DNA from: Paraspadella gotoi
Taxonomy: Eukaryota > Animalia > Chaetognatha
DNA: 64,000 bases
Direction: 5' to 3'
NCBI GenBank assembly: GCA_051294375.1
Contig: CM119267.1
Coordinates: 11,543,553-11,607,552 of the forward strand
The position numbers and the translations under genes were made by a program. Of this stretch, positions 39,215 to 53,912 are shown in pieces; positions within the stretch are counted from its first letter, which is position 1, and every line of letters begins with the position of its first letter. Below the pieces are notes generated by a model that was not told where the DNA came from, did not search any database, and worked only from the letters and a program-made list of their open reading frames with translations.

Positions 39215-40147
39215 AAACAAGAACGTGTTGCGCCGCAGTGACTGCCTTATCTCGTGACATGACATGACTTGACATGAAATGACATGACAAGACGTGATAT
39301 GACATGACTAAATGACTACAATAATTTTCTTAGCCCATGGTATTATGGCACACACTGCATAGGAATTCGTCTTTTGTTCTTTATAGTTTTAGGATTTCCT
39401 AAAGACGGCGCAGTCCCTTAAATTTTAGTTTTTTTCCTGTCTGAACAAATGAGCAAGTAACTATAGGCGAATTATATGCAATTTTAACGTAAATGGGACA
39501 GACCGACGGACAGACAGACCTACCAACGGACCGACGACCGACCAACAGATTGACCAAAAAGTGACTTATAGAGTTGCTCCGCGATTACTCTCAGCGCAAC
39601 TAAAAATATAGGCCGAGAAAATTATCATCTATAATTGCAAGTAGATATAAAAAAGGTACAGCAGGATTTCTTTGGTGAGTATAGGGGAGAATTAGGCAGA
39701 ATTAGAGAGAGTAAGGGAGAATAAGGGACAATAAGGGATATAACAGAGAATACGAGAGAATAAGAAAGAAAAAAGAAAGAGTGGAAAAAAAAAGTTGGTT
39801 GGACGTGAAAGAAATGATCTGAGATTATTTGTTCTTTTTGTTGTGACGTCGACGCGTGTAGTTTTCTGTGTGAGTTTCATTCCGACCTAGGGGAGAGGGT
39901 GACTGAGTTGCCTGGGTGGCCTTGGTGTTCTGGGTGGCGCATTTCTGGTCAAAACTCAGGCGCCCATTCATCATAGCCTGCTAAACTGCATCTTGGAAAA
40001 AATAATCAATGCTATTTCCTCGCATATTTCATATTTTAGTACTCGCGGAGCAACTCTATAAGTAACTTTTTGGTCTGTCTGTCGGTCGGTATGTCTGTCC
40101 GTCGGTCTGTCCCACTTACGTTGAAAATGCATGTAATTTGCCTATAG
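39215..40147. mobile_element. Two inverted copies of a short element with a (GTCT/GTCG)n core, DINE-1/Helentron-associated-like
   Basis: 39461-39595 is the reverse complement of about 40043-40147 (TCGCGGAGCAACTCTATAAGT...TGGTCTGTCTGTCGGTC...GCCTATAG). The family assignment is inferred from architecture only. Confidence 0.55.
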
Positions 40148-40213
40148 ACTGCTAACGCCGCCTTCAGAAATTTGACAGAAATTTGATGCAGTGCATGTCA
40201 TAGATACACGGGC

Positions 40214-40272
<59 letters not shown>

Positions 40273-40840
40273 TAGAGAGAGAAATATTTGAGACATTTGC
40301 TCTTTTATTTTCTAGTTCCAATTTTTGTCTCTTTCTCTATGTCTCTCTCTCTCGCTCTCTCCCGGTCTATGGCGCTGAGATTGCGTGGGTTGGATTTAAC
40401 GACGGCGCAATTATGGAGATGTCCGTTCGGAGGAGGAGTGGGTTGTGTGGGGAGGAGTAGGGGGAGGAGTGGGTTGTGTGGGGAGTGGGGAGGGGGATTA
40501 GATTCTAAGTGGTTGGGTCCGTGGAGAAAATGGGATTTACAAAGAATTCGCAAAAATATGAAACCTTTAAACAAAAACGATCGATACAAACATAATAACA
40601 ACAGAAACACCGACTACAATAGAACAGAAAACAACGACGACGACAACTCCTAATAATAAATACCGACTGGCTCCAGAAAAACAAAAAAGTTATGGGAACG
40701 AAAAGAAATTCACTTACCTTCCATGCGAGGCTCTCCGCGCGAAGAGACGAATTCGGGAAGAAAAGGAAAAAGAAGTGAAAAGTAGTGAAATATGGTTTAG
40801 AGTTGATCAAGAAAAACGGCTTTCTTGATGGAATAATATA

Positions 40841-40888
<48 letters not shown>

Positions 40889-41787
40889 TGCGATTCTTAT
40901 TCTTATTTAGTTGCGTCTCCTTATTAAGGCGCCTAAACGTCGGCGCTCAAGGCTCCGCGAGGGATTTCAGAGAAAGTAAAAACCGGTGCGACTTTTTCGG
41001 CGACCGCCCATGAATTTTCCGAAACATTAAACGCGGAGCTGAAATCGAAAATGGGAAAAGTAAATAGAAGAAAATTTTCTAGAGGACCGAAAAAAAGGCG
41101 GGTTAATGAAAACAGGGAGAGAAATCCGTAGAACATGTGTGGATAATCCCAAGGTATAACACATTGACGAGTCGATTGCTCATTTGTTATTTACGAGCCT
41201 CACTTCCAAAACGACCAAAAAATAATAAACGATGCTTTATGTGAATGTATTTAAAAGTTTGTGAGGCAATCAAATCGATGAGCAAATAAAAACGCAGACA
41301 AATAGACGGAAAACTAAGAGAATTACAAAATCGATCCGCGACTACTGACTTCAGGAAAAACTGAAAACAAAAGAAAATTTGTCGAGCAAAAGAGAAGGAA
41401 ACATTTTTTTTTGGAAAGGGAGGAACGACCGCGAACGATCCCCACGCGACCGAGTACGAAGGGGTCGAAGATGCATTAACAGATTAGGCCAAACTCCCTG
41501 AGCTAATTTCCCTTTCTCCCCCCTTCTTTGTCGGGAGTTGGCGAAAATAAAAAGCCTAAGAAAGGAAACGAGGAAAAAACCGAAAGGAAAAAATGGAGGA
41601 AATCTCATTTGCCGAGAAACTTGAGGGGGAAAATGGGGGGGGGCGACTTTTAAAAAGTACGAAACGAAAGAGAAAAGGAGAAAGAAATAAAATCAGAGTT
41701 TACTAGAAAACGAAAAAAAAAGATATAAGCGCCAGCATTTAGGAAGAAAATTAAAAGGAAGAAAAACGACACGAGCTGGAGAGAGAA

Positions 41788-41822
<35 letters not shown>

Positions 41823-43194
41823 TAGCGTAAAGGGAAATAGGGGCAAGTCAGGGACAGATACTAGAGGGATTTTTCAAGGATTCCCTATTTACTTCTGAGT
41901 GTTGAGAGCGGATGGTAAAACACCGAGAAAAAATCAAGAGAGTAATTCCAGTAAAAGAAAAAGCGTTGAAAGAAAAAGCAGTGGCTTACTTTTTGACAAA
42001 ATTAAAATGAAGAAAAATTTGAGGAGAAAAAAGTTAAAGAGGAGAAAAAAAGGTTTTTAATGAAAAATCGCGTCGTCGACCGGAGAGTTAATCGGTTTTT
42101 CCTTTCCAAATTCAAAAACCGGATTTCCTATTTTCCATCTTTTTTCTTTCTGTATTTCTTTCTTTCTTTTTTTTCTGTCTACCTTTATTTCTTACAAACA
42201 ATAATTAACAATAATTAACCGTTTGGGTTATTTAATCAGATGAAAATTGTTTTTAAACATTTTTTACTACAATCTCATTTACATATTGCAGTACAGTGTT
42301 TATAATATTTTATTACTCTTTGACATAGTAAGTAAATTTGAATTTTACACTTGATCAAGTTAAATAAGGTAATGATTATAAATGAATATTTTGAATCAAA
42401 TTTCATTACAATCATTTTATCACTATAGAAAATTTTAAATATATTTGGATGCAAACTGTTTCAAATTTTCCATTTACTTTATGAGTTATCAATTAATGTT
42501 TTTTATCACTATCAAGAAAATTAATAAAAAAATCTATAACTTGATTTTGAAGCTGGCGTTTAAAGCCGGCTATACTCTTAATCCATTGTTGTTCAATAAT
42601 AGCTGTTGTTCAGTCCCGTTATCCTTGGCAATGATATACAATAATAAATGCCAAAGGATTTTTTTTAGCTGGATCTGCTTATTTCCTCACCCCAATATAA
42701 AATTTTAAGTCAATTGCATGATCCACTGATGACTAATTAGCGTTGAAAGCTAAGAGGGGATGGACGGACAGACGGACAGACATCGTTTTTTAATTAATTA
42801 ATTAATTATTTAGTTATTAATTAATTAATTTGAATGGCGGAGGGAAAAGAGGATGGAAGAGGGAGAAAGACGGAAAGAGAGAGACTAATTAGTAATTACT
42901 CTAAATTAATTAATTATTTGATTAGTTAATTAATAGTATTTAATTAAATATTGAATATATTAGTTAATTAATTAATTAATTAAATAATAAATTAATTGAT
43001 TAGCTGTCTACTGCTTAATGTCGCTGAGCAGATCCGGGATTGTTTGCTCAAATTTGTTTCTTTTTTCTTTCTTGTTTTTTAAGAATAATTTTTTATATAC
43101 ATACCAACAAACCTCATTTAAACAAACAAACAAAAGAAAACTGTATGTGAAAACTTCGCGAAATTGATTTATGAATATAATATATATAATAATT

Positions 43195-43199
43195 ATATA

Positions 43200-43271
<72 letters not shown>

Positions 43272-43272
43272 A
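43195..43272. repeat. (TAT)n microsatellite
   Basis: Read directly from the sequence. Confidence 0.95.
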
Positions 43273-43334
43273 TTATAGGGGGAAGAGGATGAAGAGAAAT
43301 GATGAGGAAACGGTGCATGCTGGCGAAACCTATC

Positions 43335-43472
43335 GGCTCTTTCTGGAGGCTATGGTGGGTTAAGGCCTACCTACCTCTTACAAGATAATAACATATATAA
43401 CTATCAAGACTCTCAATCTCTTATGGTCTAGTTTATTCACTCCCAGAGCACCTGGCTTCCTTATCAATGACG
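43335..43472 (+). repeat. R1 partial diverged copy
   Basis: GGTTTAAGGCCT...CTCTTACAAGATAAT...TATTCACTCCCAGAGCACCTGGCTTCCTTATCAATGA. Confidence 0.75.
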
Positions 43473-45578
43473 TTTCAAAGATTGTTAAAATGAATATTTT
43501 TTTTTCAGCTTCCCCATTTGCACATTTTTGTCGTCTTTTCTCGCCTTTGCGAATGCAGCTCTTCGTTTGTCATCTGTATCTTATTATTTTTTATGTGCCA
43601 TATCTTCATATTTCCTGTTCTTGATGAAGTCTTCACTGATTTCATCGTTTTCGTCATCATTGTCATTGTCTCTCATTGTCTTCTTTCTTTTTTTCTTTCT
43701 ACCTTTAATTCTTACAAACAATTAGGTTATTTAAATATGAAAATTGTTTCAAAACATTTTTTTACCAAAATCTAATTTACATATAGCAGTACAGCGTTTA
43801 TATTTTATTACTACTCTTTGACAAAGTAAGTCAATTTTAAATTTACACCTGATCCGCGTTAAAATAGGTAATGATAATAATTTTATATTTTAAATAAAAT
43901 TTTACTATAATCGTTTTATCAGTATAGCAATGTTTTAAAATCATTTTGATGCAAACTTTTCCAAATTTTCCATTTACTTTATAAATAAATAATTTTGACA
44001 ATTAATTAGAAAATTAATGAAAAAATCTAAATATTGATTTTGAATCTGGCGAATAAAGCCGGTTTTACTGCCAGTCTATTGTTGTCTAATTATTGTTCTT
44101 CTTCAGCCCGTCATGCGTCATCCTTATCAATGATTATACAATAATAAATGCTGTATGGTTTTTTTTTCTTTTTTGTTTTTTAAAAATATTTTCATATTCT
44201 TGATGCTGTGTTCGCTGATTTCGTCGTCTTTCCTTTTCTTTATTCGAAACTCTTTCAGTCGAATTGGAGAGGATAATTCGTCGGCAGTCAATTCGCCGCG
44301 TTCGATCACTTTTCCATCTGCAATCTGCTTTTCCATCTGAAACCCCAACGAATTTCGTTTTTTCTCGTCATCTTAGCCTTTCGAGTAGCGTCTGTCGAGG
44401 AACAAACCAGGCTACTCTCGTGTCCCGTTTCGCTACCAGCGAACAAAAATACATTCCAAAACGTTTCTGTCTAATCTCTACCTAGATTTTCACGGTCTCA
44501 TTCATTTTTTACCTTCACTTTCTTTTATCTTGTTTTTACTTCCACTTTCCTTTCTCTCAAAATACATCTTTCCTTTATCGACTTTCCTTCCCTTCCCTCT
44601 TATCCTTCAGTTCTTTCCTTTCTGCTGTATCCTATCCCAAAACACGTCTTTCCTTTGCACTCTCCTTTTCTTTCAAACTTCATATTGACTTTCCCACCTT
44701 TCCCTTCTTGACTCTCTTCCCTCCTTCCTCCTTCACTCTCCCCCGCCCTCTTGTCTCGGAAGAAACCGTCCCCCCTTCAAAACGAATCCATTAAAAGACC
44801 CAAAGTCCAATTTGCATTTTAGTCTCGGAAAAGATTTTTTACGTTTTTTCCGATTTTTTTTTCTTTTTTAAAATAAAAGAAAGACAAAAAAGGGAGAGAG
44901 AAAAAGTAAATTAGAGACTTTTGAAACTCTTTCCGATGAAAAACCTTTGAGATGGTCGAGAGGGGGAAGAAGGGAGATTTCTAGCGAACCGATAAAGAAT
45001 AAAGTGCCAACACGTTCGCGCTCCTTTAAGGAGCCGAACCTTTCTCCCCCACTGCGGCGTTCGAGAATTCGCTTCAGCTTACCCTTCAGAAAATTCTGCT
45101 AAAGATCAATATCACAAACTGGGCTGAAGGACTAAGACGGCGACGAATATCATAACTAGTAAATATTAACGATTTTAATTATGCTGATGACGAGAAACGT
45201 TCGAGATAGATAGATAGTAAAAGCATAGGCGGATAATCTATATTCTATAATCTTGCTTATTAAAAATTAACTACAATCAACGAAAAAATTTGTGGATAAG
45301 GCGCTAAAGTGGGCTGAAGACGAGCTTGGAACCAGGCTTGAGGGTTTTTTCAGGACCTCAAGGTGATTAACGTCCGTACTCACGCTTCCCGCTTCTTTTC
45401 ATCATATAGATTTTTCTACATTCTTCTCCTTGATACCCTTTCATCATCCCATGGTCATTTATTTATTCGCTTAAACATAGAGCTTCGCAATAAATCCAGA
45501 CGGTAGACGTTTCTCAAGACCTGCAATTCACGCTGGCTTTCCTGTTGGCGTCATAATCTCCTTCACTCTCGTAACTAT

Positions 45579-45701
<123 letters not shown>

Positions 45702-46385
45702 TCCTCATTCCCTTTGTCCCGTTTCCGTCGTTAACGTTGGATTCGAATCGACTCCAGCGCCACCTGTTTTCCCTGCGGAGCGACAATTAGCGCCTCCGAC
45801 GACGGACTTTGGAAACTCGGAAATGACGTAGACAATCGCTGGAATCGCGCCGCTAGGAGTGTGAGGGCCGGTAAGGGGTCTCCGGAGACGGGAAATGACG
45901 CCCCAGACGCCGTCTCGACGGGGAGGTTCGACGTCCGTCTCGCTGCTGGAGCAGAAAATACAGACTTCGCGATCGTTATGTTCGGAAGTACTTCGTAGTT
46001 CGTATGTACCTAAGTATAAAAAAAAATCATCCATTCTCACCCCTTTCTGTTCAGCCTCTTAGATATTATGATTTTTCATTAATGACTTTCTAACAGAAAT
46101 GATGTGTGATATCTATTAGAAAACTAGGACAGATAGTAATCTAACCTTGTGTTGTATAGATGCTCCCTCTATTTCCAGAAGACAACACTGACTTCCCCTT
46201 CCCAAATTGAATTATTAGATAAATAAAACATTTTTAGGAAAGAAAGCAATATATGTTTGATTAAATAATAAGATTAAATACTAAATCCTTCATAAAATAT
46301 AAAAATAGAAAATAGTGAAACAAGTAATTTGCAAATTTTCATAGTTAAGCTTATAGTTAATATAATAATATAATATATGGTCTTT

Positions 46386-46612
46386 TCATACAATTGAAAC
46401 ATTCTTTGAAATATTTTCCATTTCATTGATAAGGAAGCCAGGTACTCTGGGAGTGAATAAACGAGACTGTGAGAGAGTCTTGATTGAAAGCTTGCAGGGA
46501 CCTGCTATGTCATTATCTTGTAAGAGTGATGGAGGCCTTAAATCACCAAAGCCTGTCCAAAGTCAGGGGCAAGATAGCTTATTTATTAAATGAATGGTTG
46601 TACCAATTTCAT
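46386..46612 (-). repeat. R1 copy (repeated again at about 57813-58032; short fragments at about 47859 and 59320)
   Basis: GGAAGCCAGGTACTCTGGGAGTGAATAA...CAGGGGCAAGATAGCTTATTTA...GGTTGTACCAATTTCA. Confidence 0.85.
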
Positions 46613-47483
46613 AATATTGCTCGTACGTACTCAAGTATAGTCGCTGTTGTAAGCCAGCTAGATTGTGGCGGATTTGCTTTGGTGAAGTTTAAAAAAAAAT
46701 CGACACTTTGCATGTTTTCCATTTGTATCCGAAAATGAGCTCTTTTTATCATTATAATAATTGATGAGTTAATCGCTACAAACTAATACTACCCGAGAGA
46801 GTGAATTATATAAAAAGAATCTATCGCCACTGTGTCTTCTGAGCACAATAATAAAAAAAAGAGAAGCCAAAGAAAATAGAAAGGAGAACAGACCTGAAGA
46901 AATTAGGATATTCAAGGCCACTCTTGATGTGGAAACGGCTCTTTCTGCCACCGGGAGGCTTTTGCAAGAGCGAGAGAGAAATAAAAAAGATAATTAGGGA
47001 AAATTGAGAGAATAAAATAGATAATAAATAAATTTAGCAATTAATCGAAAAATAAATTTAGAAAACAAGAAAGAAGATATAAATGAAAAGAAGGGTAAAA
47101 GTCAGACGTGGCATGAATCAAGAAGGGGAGTCTTCCTCAAAGTGTTACTTCAAAAAACCAAAAACTAAAATATCGCGTGATCTGCGAGGGGTGATCTTCA
47201 AATTTAACAAAGGAAATATTGAACAAAAAAAGTAGAACATGAGTTAGTTAGAGAGAGTGAGATAACCGCGTATGAAAAAGGAGCAGATAAACAAGAGGAG
47301 GTCACTGGCAGACAAAAGCAATTCCACGCTCAGCCTCACCTTCGAAGAGAGAAATCGGTGAGGTGCGTGGTATCGGTAATGGAAAACGGATGAACTGGAA
47401 ATATCGCGTCTTGAACCAGGGAATAACGCAATGGAATGAACGTGAGAGAAAGAAAGAAAGAAAGAAAGACAAAAAAAAAAAGA

Positions 47484-47515
<32 letters not shown>

Positions 47516-47526
47516 GAGAGAGAGAG

Positions 47527-47567
<41 letters not shown>

Positions 47568-47700
47568 CGAGAATATTCAGAAAGAGAGAGAGATAAAAAG
47601 AGACCGAGAGACGCTAGTTCTTGGACCGTCATCCAACGCGAAGGATTACGATCGTCGTGGGTCCACGACAACAACAACAACCTCGAAAACAACGACGACC

Positions 47701-47737
<37 letters not shown>

Positions 47738-48079
47738 AGACGGGGTCGCGAAAAAACCGGGTTGAGTCTCTGGAGGAGCTTGTAGGAACGGTTGCAAGCT
47801 TGTTTGAGAAAGGGGGGTCGATCAAAGGATAGAGTGGAACGTCGCTTACAGTATATATGAAATTGGTACAACCAATATAAAAATTATCCATTCATTTAAT
47901 AAATATATATATATATTATAAAAGTAATCCAATTTATCGTGAAATTATTAAAACTTAAATTAAAGGATGAATAAGAAAATTTATAACATTTGTCAACCCT
48001 AATTAGAACCGAACAGTTTCTCGTCAGTCTGCAGGTTTACTTTTCGTGCGTAGCTCTGCGACATCCCTTCCTCGGCTCC

Positions 48080-48175
<96 letters not shown>

Positions 48176-49729
48176 CACACACAGACACAAGGCCCGGGCC
48201 GATAGTGCGTCGCGGCGAAAGAGGAGTGGCGAACTACTTGAGAGGGCGTTGCAGCACGAGAAGAAGAAAGTTGGAAAAAAGAAAAAAGGGAGAAAAGGAG
48301 TGAAAGGAGGAAAGAAAAGAAAGGAAAGGAAAAGTAGGGGAGGAAAGCGAGTCAAGGACGCCGACTTTTCGATTGTATTCGTCGACTCGTCAATCGTTTA
48401 GTTTTCTTTAAAAAATAAAAAAAAATTTAAAAGTGAGAGAAAAAAGAAGAAAAAGAGGATGAGTCCTAGTTACTCTCGAAAACTTTTGTCTTAACGTTGA
48501 AAGACAATTTTAAAGTTTTAACTAAGAGCAATATTTTTTTCTCGTTTCAAAAACACTTTAATGAACATTTATGGAAAATTATTTAAAAATCAAAATGAAC
48601 CCGCAACTCATATTCCCCCCAAAAGTAGTATGTATTTTACCTTTTCTTCACAAAAGCCTTTTTAGCGCAGAATGGACCCATTCCGCCCCAATGATCCTTC
48701 GATGGCGTCTTTCCTCAACTTTATTTCGTCAAGTGACGAATAAAATTCGGAATTTTCAAGGATCGAAATGAAACGAGAGACGAGAGTTCATCGCCGGCGT
48801 CGTCGGCGTCGTCGTCGTCGGCGTCGTTAGTCGATGACTTCTCAACGCTCACCCGGCGTCGGCACCCGCGGCGCCCCGAACGGCGCCGCAATTTCGCGCC
48901 TTTGGACGCGAGTTAATGAGGCGAGCGGCGCTAACGAAGGTTGAGGGAAACGATTTAAGAGTCGCCGCCGCAGCGGACGCCGCAGCCGACGTCACAGCCG
49001 ACGCCGTAGCCGACGCCGCAGCCGACAGACGAGAAACGTATGATTCTGTTTACTCAAGAAGTATCTCTCTGACTTGTTAAACACTATTACTTAAATACTT
49101 TTTCTTTAAAAAAGTTTTAAACCGAAATTTCATCTAGTAAAAAAAATGTTATTTGTCGCAATTTGAGAACTTAGTTTATAAAAATAATGACATAATATCA
49201 TCTGAAATGTTTTTATTTTTAACCTTTATGCAACCTTGAGATTTTTTACTCAGTTTTTATTTGTTTTTTTATTTTTTTTTATTTCCACTCTTTTTCTCCC
49301 TTTTTCAACTATTTTTTTTTTAAACTCGGAATGAAGTAATGGAATTCGTACGGTAGTAATCGTCAAGATAATCCGTCAGACTCGACCGATTCGACGAGAA
49401 GCCCCGGGTTGTTTTTTTTTTTTTTTTTTTTTAATTAAAAATTCGATGGAGCGGGAAAGCGTGAGTGATGGAGCGGCGTGGCTTTGAGAAATGGAGCGGG
49501 AGAGAGGGTGATAGAGGGAGCGGGAATACTGTTGCGACTTGAGGGAACTATAGGAGCGGAGCAAGATTGGTGGTGTTGCGAGGGTTGAGAAGTAGAGCGA
49601 CGATGGGAGAGAGATGGAGCGGCTTAAGAAAAGAGACGGAGCACCAACCGAGCGAGAGATAGAGTGCATCTCGGCGAGAGTCAGAGACGGACTCGCTGAG
49701 GATAAAGATGAACTCGAAAAGAGGCGATT

Positions 49730-49833
<104 letters not shown>

Positions 49834-50733
49834 GGGAGTCAGACGGAGGAAAAATGATGGAACCATGGATGGAATCGAGGAGTTGAAGGGGAAGACGAAG
49901 AGTCCGATGGAAACGAACTGGAATTAGAAAAAGGAGCCGTAAGGCGAGAGAGAATTAGAGAAAAGGAACTTGGGAGTCAGAGAAAGGAGATCATTGAAAA
50001 AAATAAAAGAGAGAGAAAAAGAAAAGAAAAGAAAAAAAAAAGAAAAGAAAAAAGTAGAAGAAAGAAAAAAAAAAGAGAAAAAGAAAAGAAAAGAAAATAA
50101 AAGAAAGTGAAAAAGGAAATAAAAGAAAAGAAAAAAAGGGATAAAAAATAAAAGAAAAGAAAATAAAAGAAAAGAAAAGAAAAGAAAAGAAAAGGTAGCC
50201 ATAGTCGTATATGCGAAGAAAACAATACACCAGCTGCAGATGGTAAAGCGTATTAGAAAGAGAGTAACTCAAGAAAGTGTAGCAACTGATGATGTTTTAT
50301 CATCCCGTAAATATAATTTAAAATGAACTGACCATGACAAAAGGATATGAGAGCAACAGACGGGGAAGCGATGTCGATGGAAAAAGGATTCGAACAACAG
50401 ATGATGTAGAGACAGAAAAGAGATGGAGGCGAAAAAAAAACAAGGAGCAACAGATGGGGAGAAGGCGATGAGACGTCGGAAGCTTTTTATTTCCGCCTTC
50501 GGATCTCCAAGTGCCGTTTTCGCTCCAGATTAGCTCTACTCGATTCGTTTTAATCGAAACTCATCCTAATCATTTACACACAGTCGGATACGCGAGCAAC
50601 GAGCGCGAAATTTTCTCTTTAAAACAAAATTTCATGATCTTAGAATCGGATTAATTAAAATTAAAATCAACTCGAGAGAAAGTAACTTTAAATTTAATAC
50701 TTTTAGTTTTTAAAACAATCGATTGTGCGAAAA

Positions 50734-50868
<135 letters not shown>

Positions 50869-51534
50869 CCTTTCTCTCCTTTCTTGCTTCATCCACGCGT
50901 TTCATCTTTCACCGAGTCTTCGCTCCTTTTCTTTTCCTTTTTTTCCCTTTTTTCCCTTCACTTTTATCTTTTCTCTTTCTTGGCTCATCTTCAAGTCTCT
51001 ACGCCAGGCGGCAAGAATAGGGGGCACGAAGGGTCTCGCTGGCTCATCCATTCAACTCGACTAATCTCACCTCATCTAGACAAGTTACACCTTTTTTTTA
51101 TCTCGTCTTGTTTCAACTCCCCCTGTCGAAAAAAATAGTTTCAAATGATTTGGCGAGCGGCGGGGTCGTTCTCTTTATCGGCCAATGGCTAAATATTTTC
51201 GTTTTTTATGATACGTCTATTCAATTTAATCTCACTTCATTTAAGGAGCTTTTACTCTTTACGGACTAATTTAAGACACACGTTACTATAATTACCTTAA
51301 AAAGGCTTAATGTCTTTATCGCTAATGACTAAAAAAATCTTAAACCACAGAAAAAAAGAACATTGAACCAGTACATGTGTTTCCCTGAATCTTGTTCTTT
51401 CAGAAAAGTGCGTCTAGCCGAGGCACAAAAGAAAAGAAAAAAAAACGATTAGCTTGTTGTCAGACATTGAAATAATTGATACAATTTTTGCATCGAAAAC
51501 TATCTTAAGACTCGAAAATAATAAATTACAGTCT

Positions 51535-51632
<98 letters not shown>

Positions 51633-52207
51633 ACTCTCTCACCCGTTCTTACGATCTGCTCCTCTCACTAAAACATACTAAAAAGAGAATGAAAACTCAT
51701 AAAATATTTACAGTTGTTTCTGATTTTGGCATTCGGAGTTGGAGGGGACTGATGAGAAAAACATTAACGTGATAATATCATTAAATATTTAGGTATCATT
51801 GTTAGAGGAAGTATCTTCTATGAGAAGTCATAAAAAGATGACAACGCTTTTTATTCCACATTGTTTATAAAATATGATCTTACCTTATAGGGAGGCAATT
51901 TTGATTTCATTATATAAAGGAGTCAAGACTCGAGGGTTATCTTAACCTTAAATAAAAATACAAACGAAGGGCGAAGGCTAAAACCGGACGGAGAAAAAAC
52001 ATAAAAAAAAAACTGAGTGGAGATAAATAAGATATCCATTTCCCTTTTTTCGCTTCTTTCCTTTTTTTCCCTTTTCTATGAACACGTAAACACTCTTAAC
52101 GCATATATTTATGGCCACCATTATTTTTCTTCGCGCCCGAAATATCAAAAGAGCGTCTCGACTTCCGAAGGGTTCAAGTGTTCTCTCTCTCTCTCCTCTT
52201 CTCTTCT

Positions 52208-52284
<77 letters not shown>

Positions 52285-53848
52285 ATTCGTAATATGACAC
52301 TTCACAATGCTTTTAAGAAAAAGGTTTCTTCCGACTTTTCCCTTTTTATTCTCGGCTCTCACTCCTAACTAACCACGCCGGCAACAAAATCGAAGTTAAG
52401 CGCCCCCACGACGAGCGGGGGTCATTAAAGCCCGACGCCGACGACGCCCTCTGGAAAAAAAACGGAAAAGGTAAGCGAAGAAAAGAAAAGAAAGAAAAAT
52501 GAAAAATAGTCAACTGTAAAACGTTTGTGAAGATTTCCGGAATTGAAAATGTTAAGAATAAATTTAATTGGGAAACCAACTTTGAATCACGAAAAAAAAA
52601 ATTATTAATAAAAAAATAAATAAATTAAAGTTTTTGGTTTATTTTCTCCGTTTCAATTTATTAATGTGTTTGTTTTTATTTATTTTCCTTACAGCTCTCT
52701 CTCTATCGCTCACTCTCTTTTCCTTTTCCAAAGTGTTATTTTGTTATTCTCTGCTATGACCCTTCTCCCTTTCTTCTCTTTCACTCGTTGCTTCTATTGT
52801 GTTCGCTTTGGGTCACATAGTCAGCATCGAAGTTGGCTCATTGTCCTATGAGATTTCAGCCGATCAAGGAATCAGCTTGCAACTTTATGCGTATTAGAAA
52901 TGAATCCCACGACATCGGCCTATAGATTAGTGAATCATATTTTCAAAAGTTTGTCTCGTTTATATATGACAATCAGCTACAACAACGCCAACAACAAAAC
53001 CACCAACAGTGTAACAGTAAGATCAGATTCAGTCGAAGAACAGCGAGAGATTGAAGAACGAAGAAAGACTCTCCGGTCGTAACAGTGAGTGATTTCTCGG
53101 CAGATCTTTGGGCCGAGAATTCAGTCAGCTCCCAAGGCAATCCCAACCGATCTTTCACATCCCTTTCACTCAGAGCTCCTCTCTTAAGCTCACTTCATTG
53201 TCCCTCTATTCACTTTTCCCATCTCCACTTTTCACAATCACTTTTATTCTCACCCGTCACGTTCTCACAATCTCTTCACAGGGAGATCCCAACCGAGCTT
53301 CTATCTTACTCAGAGTTCTCTCATTCACTATTGTTTTATATTCACTTCGATCTTCATTTGTTCTCACAATCCCTTCTCTTCCACTCGCGTTCAACCAACC
53401 TCTTCACAGGGGATCCCGTCTGAGGCTTTCAATCCGTTTTAACTCAATCTTTCTCTTTAATTCACATCTATTGTCCTCCATCACTCACTCTCCTCTCTCT
53501 AGTTTCACGTTCAGTGCCCTTCTTCACCGAACTCACATTCTCCCCCCCCCCCAATTACCACCCTTTCCACCCTCTTCTCTTCCAGATCGAAGGATGAAAC
53601 CGGAACCAAATGGGACATTCTCTCAAAAGCAACGGACCGTTTCCTTCCTCCGGTCGCACGATTTTGCACCGAGTACAAAGCCTACCGGTAACGGGTGACG
53701 CGTCTGGTTCCGAGAACCGGCGTTCGATCCGCTTTTAATGGCCTGTTGCATCATAAAATGATCAAAGGGAAGGAAGGAAGAAGCTTCCGAAGTAGAATGG
53801 AAGATTGGGGAAGAAGTTGAAGGAAAGAGATAAGGAGCGTGAGAGAGA

Positions 53849-53912
<64 letters not shown>

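Larger units (their letters stand above)
42190..44152 (+). repeat. Older diverged direct duplication (about 42190-42650 and 43708-44152)
   Basis: Both copies run TTCTTACAAACAAT...GATGCAAACT..TCAAATTTTCCATTTACTTTAT...ATACAATAATAAATGC with many substitutions. Confidence 0.8.
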
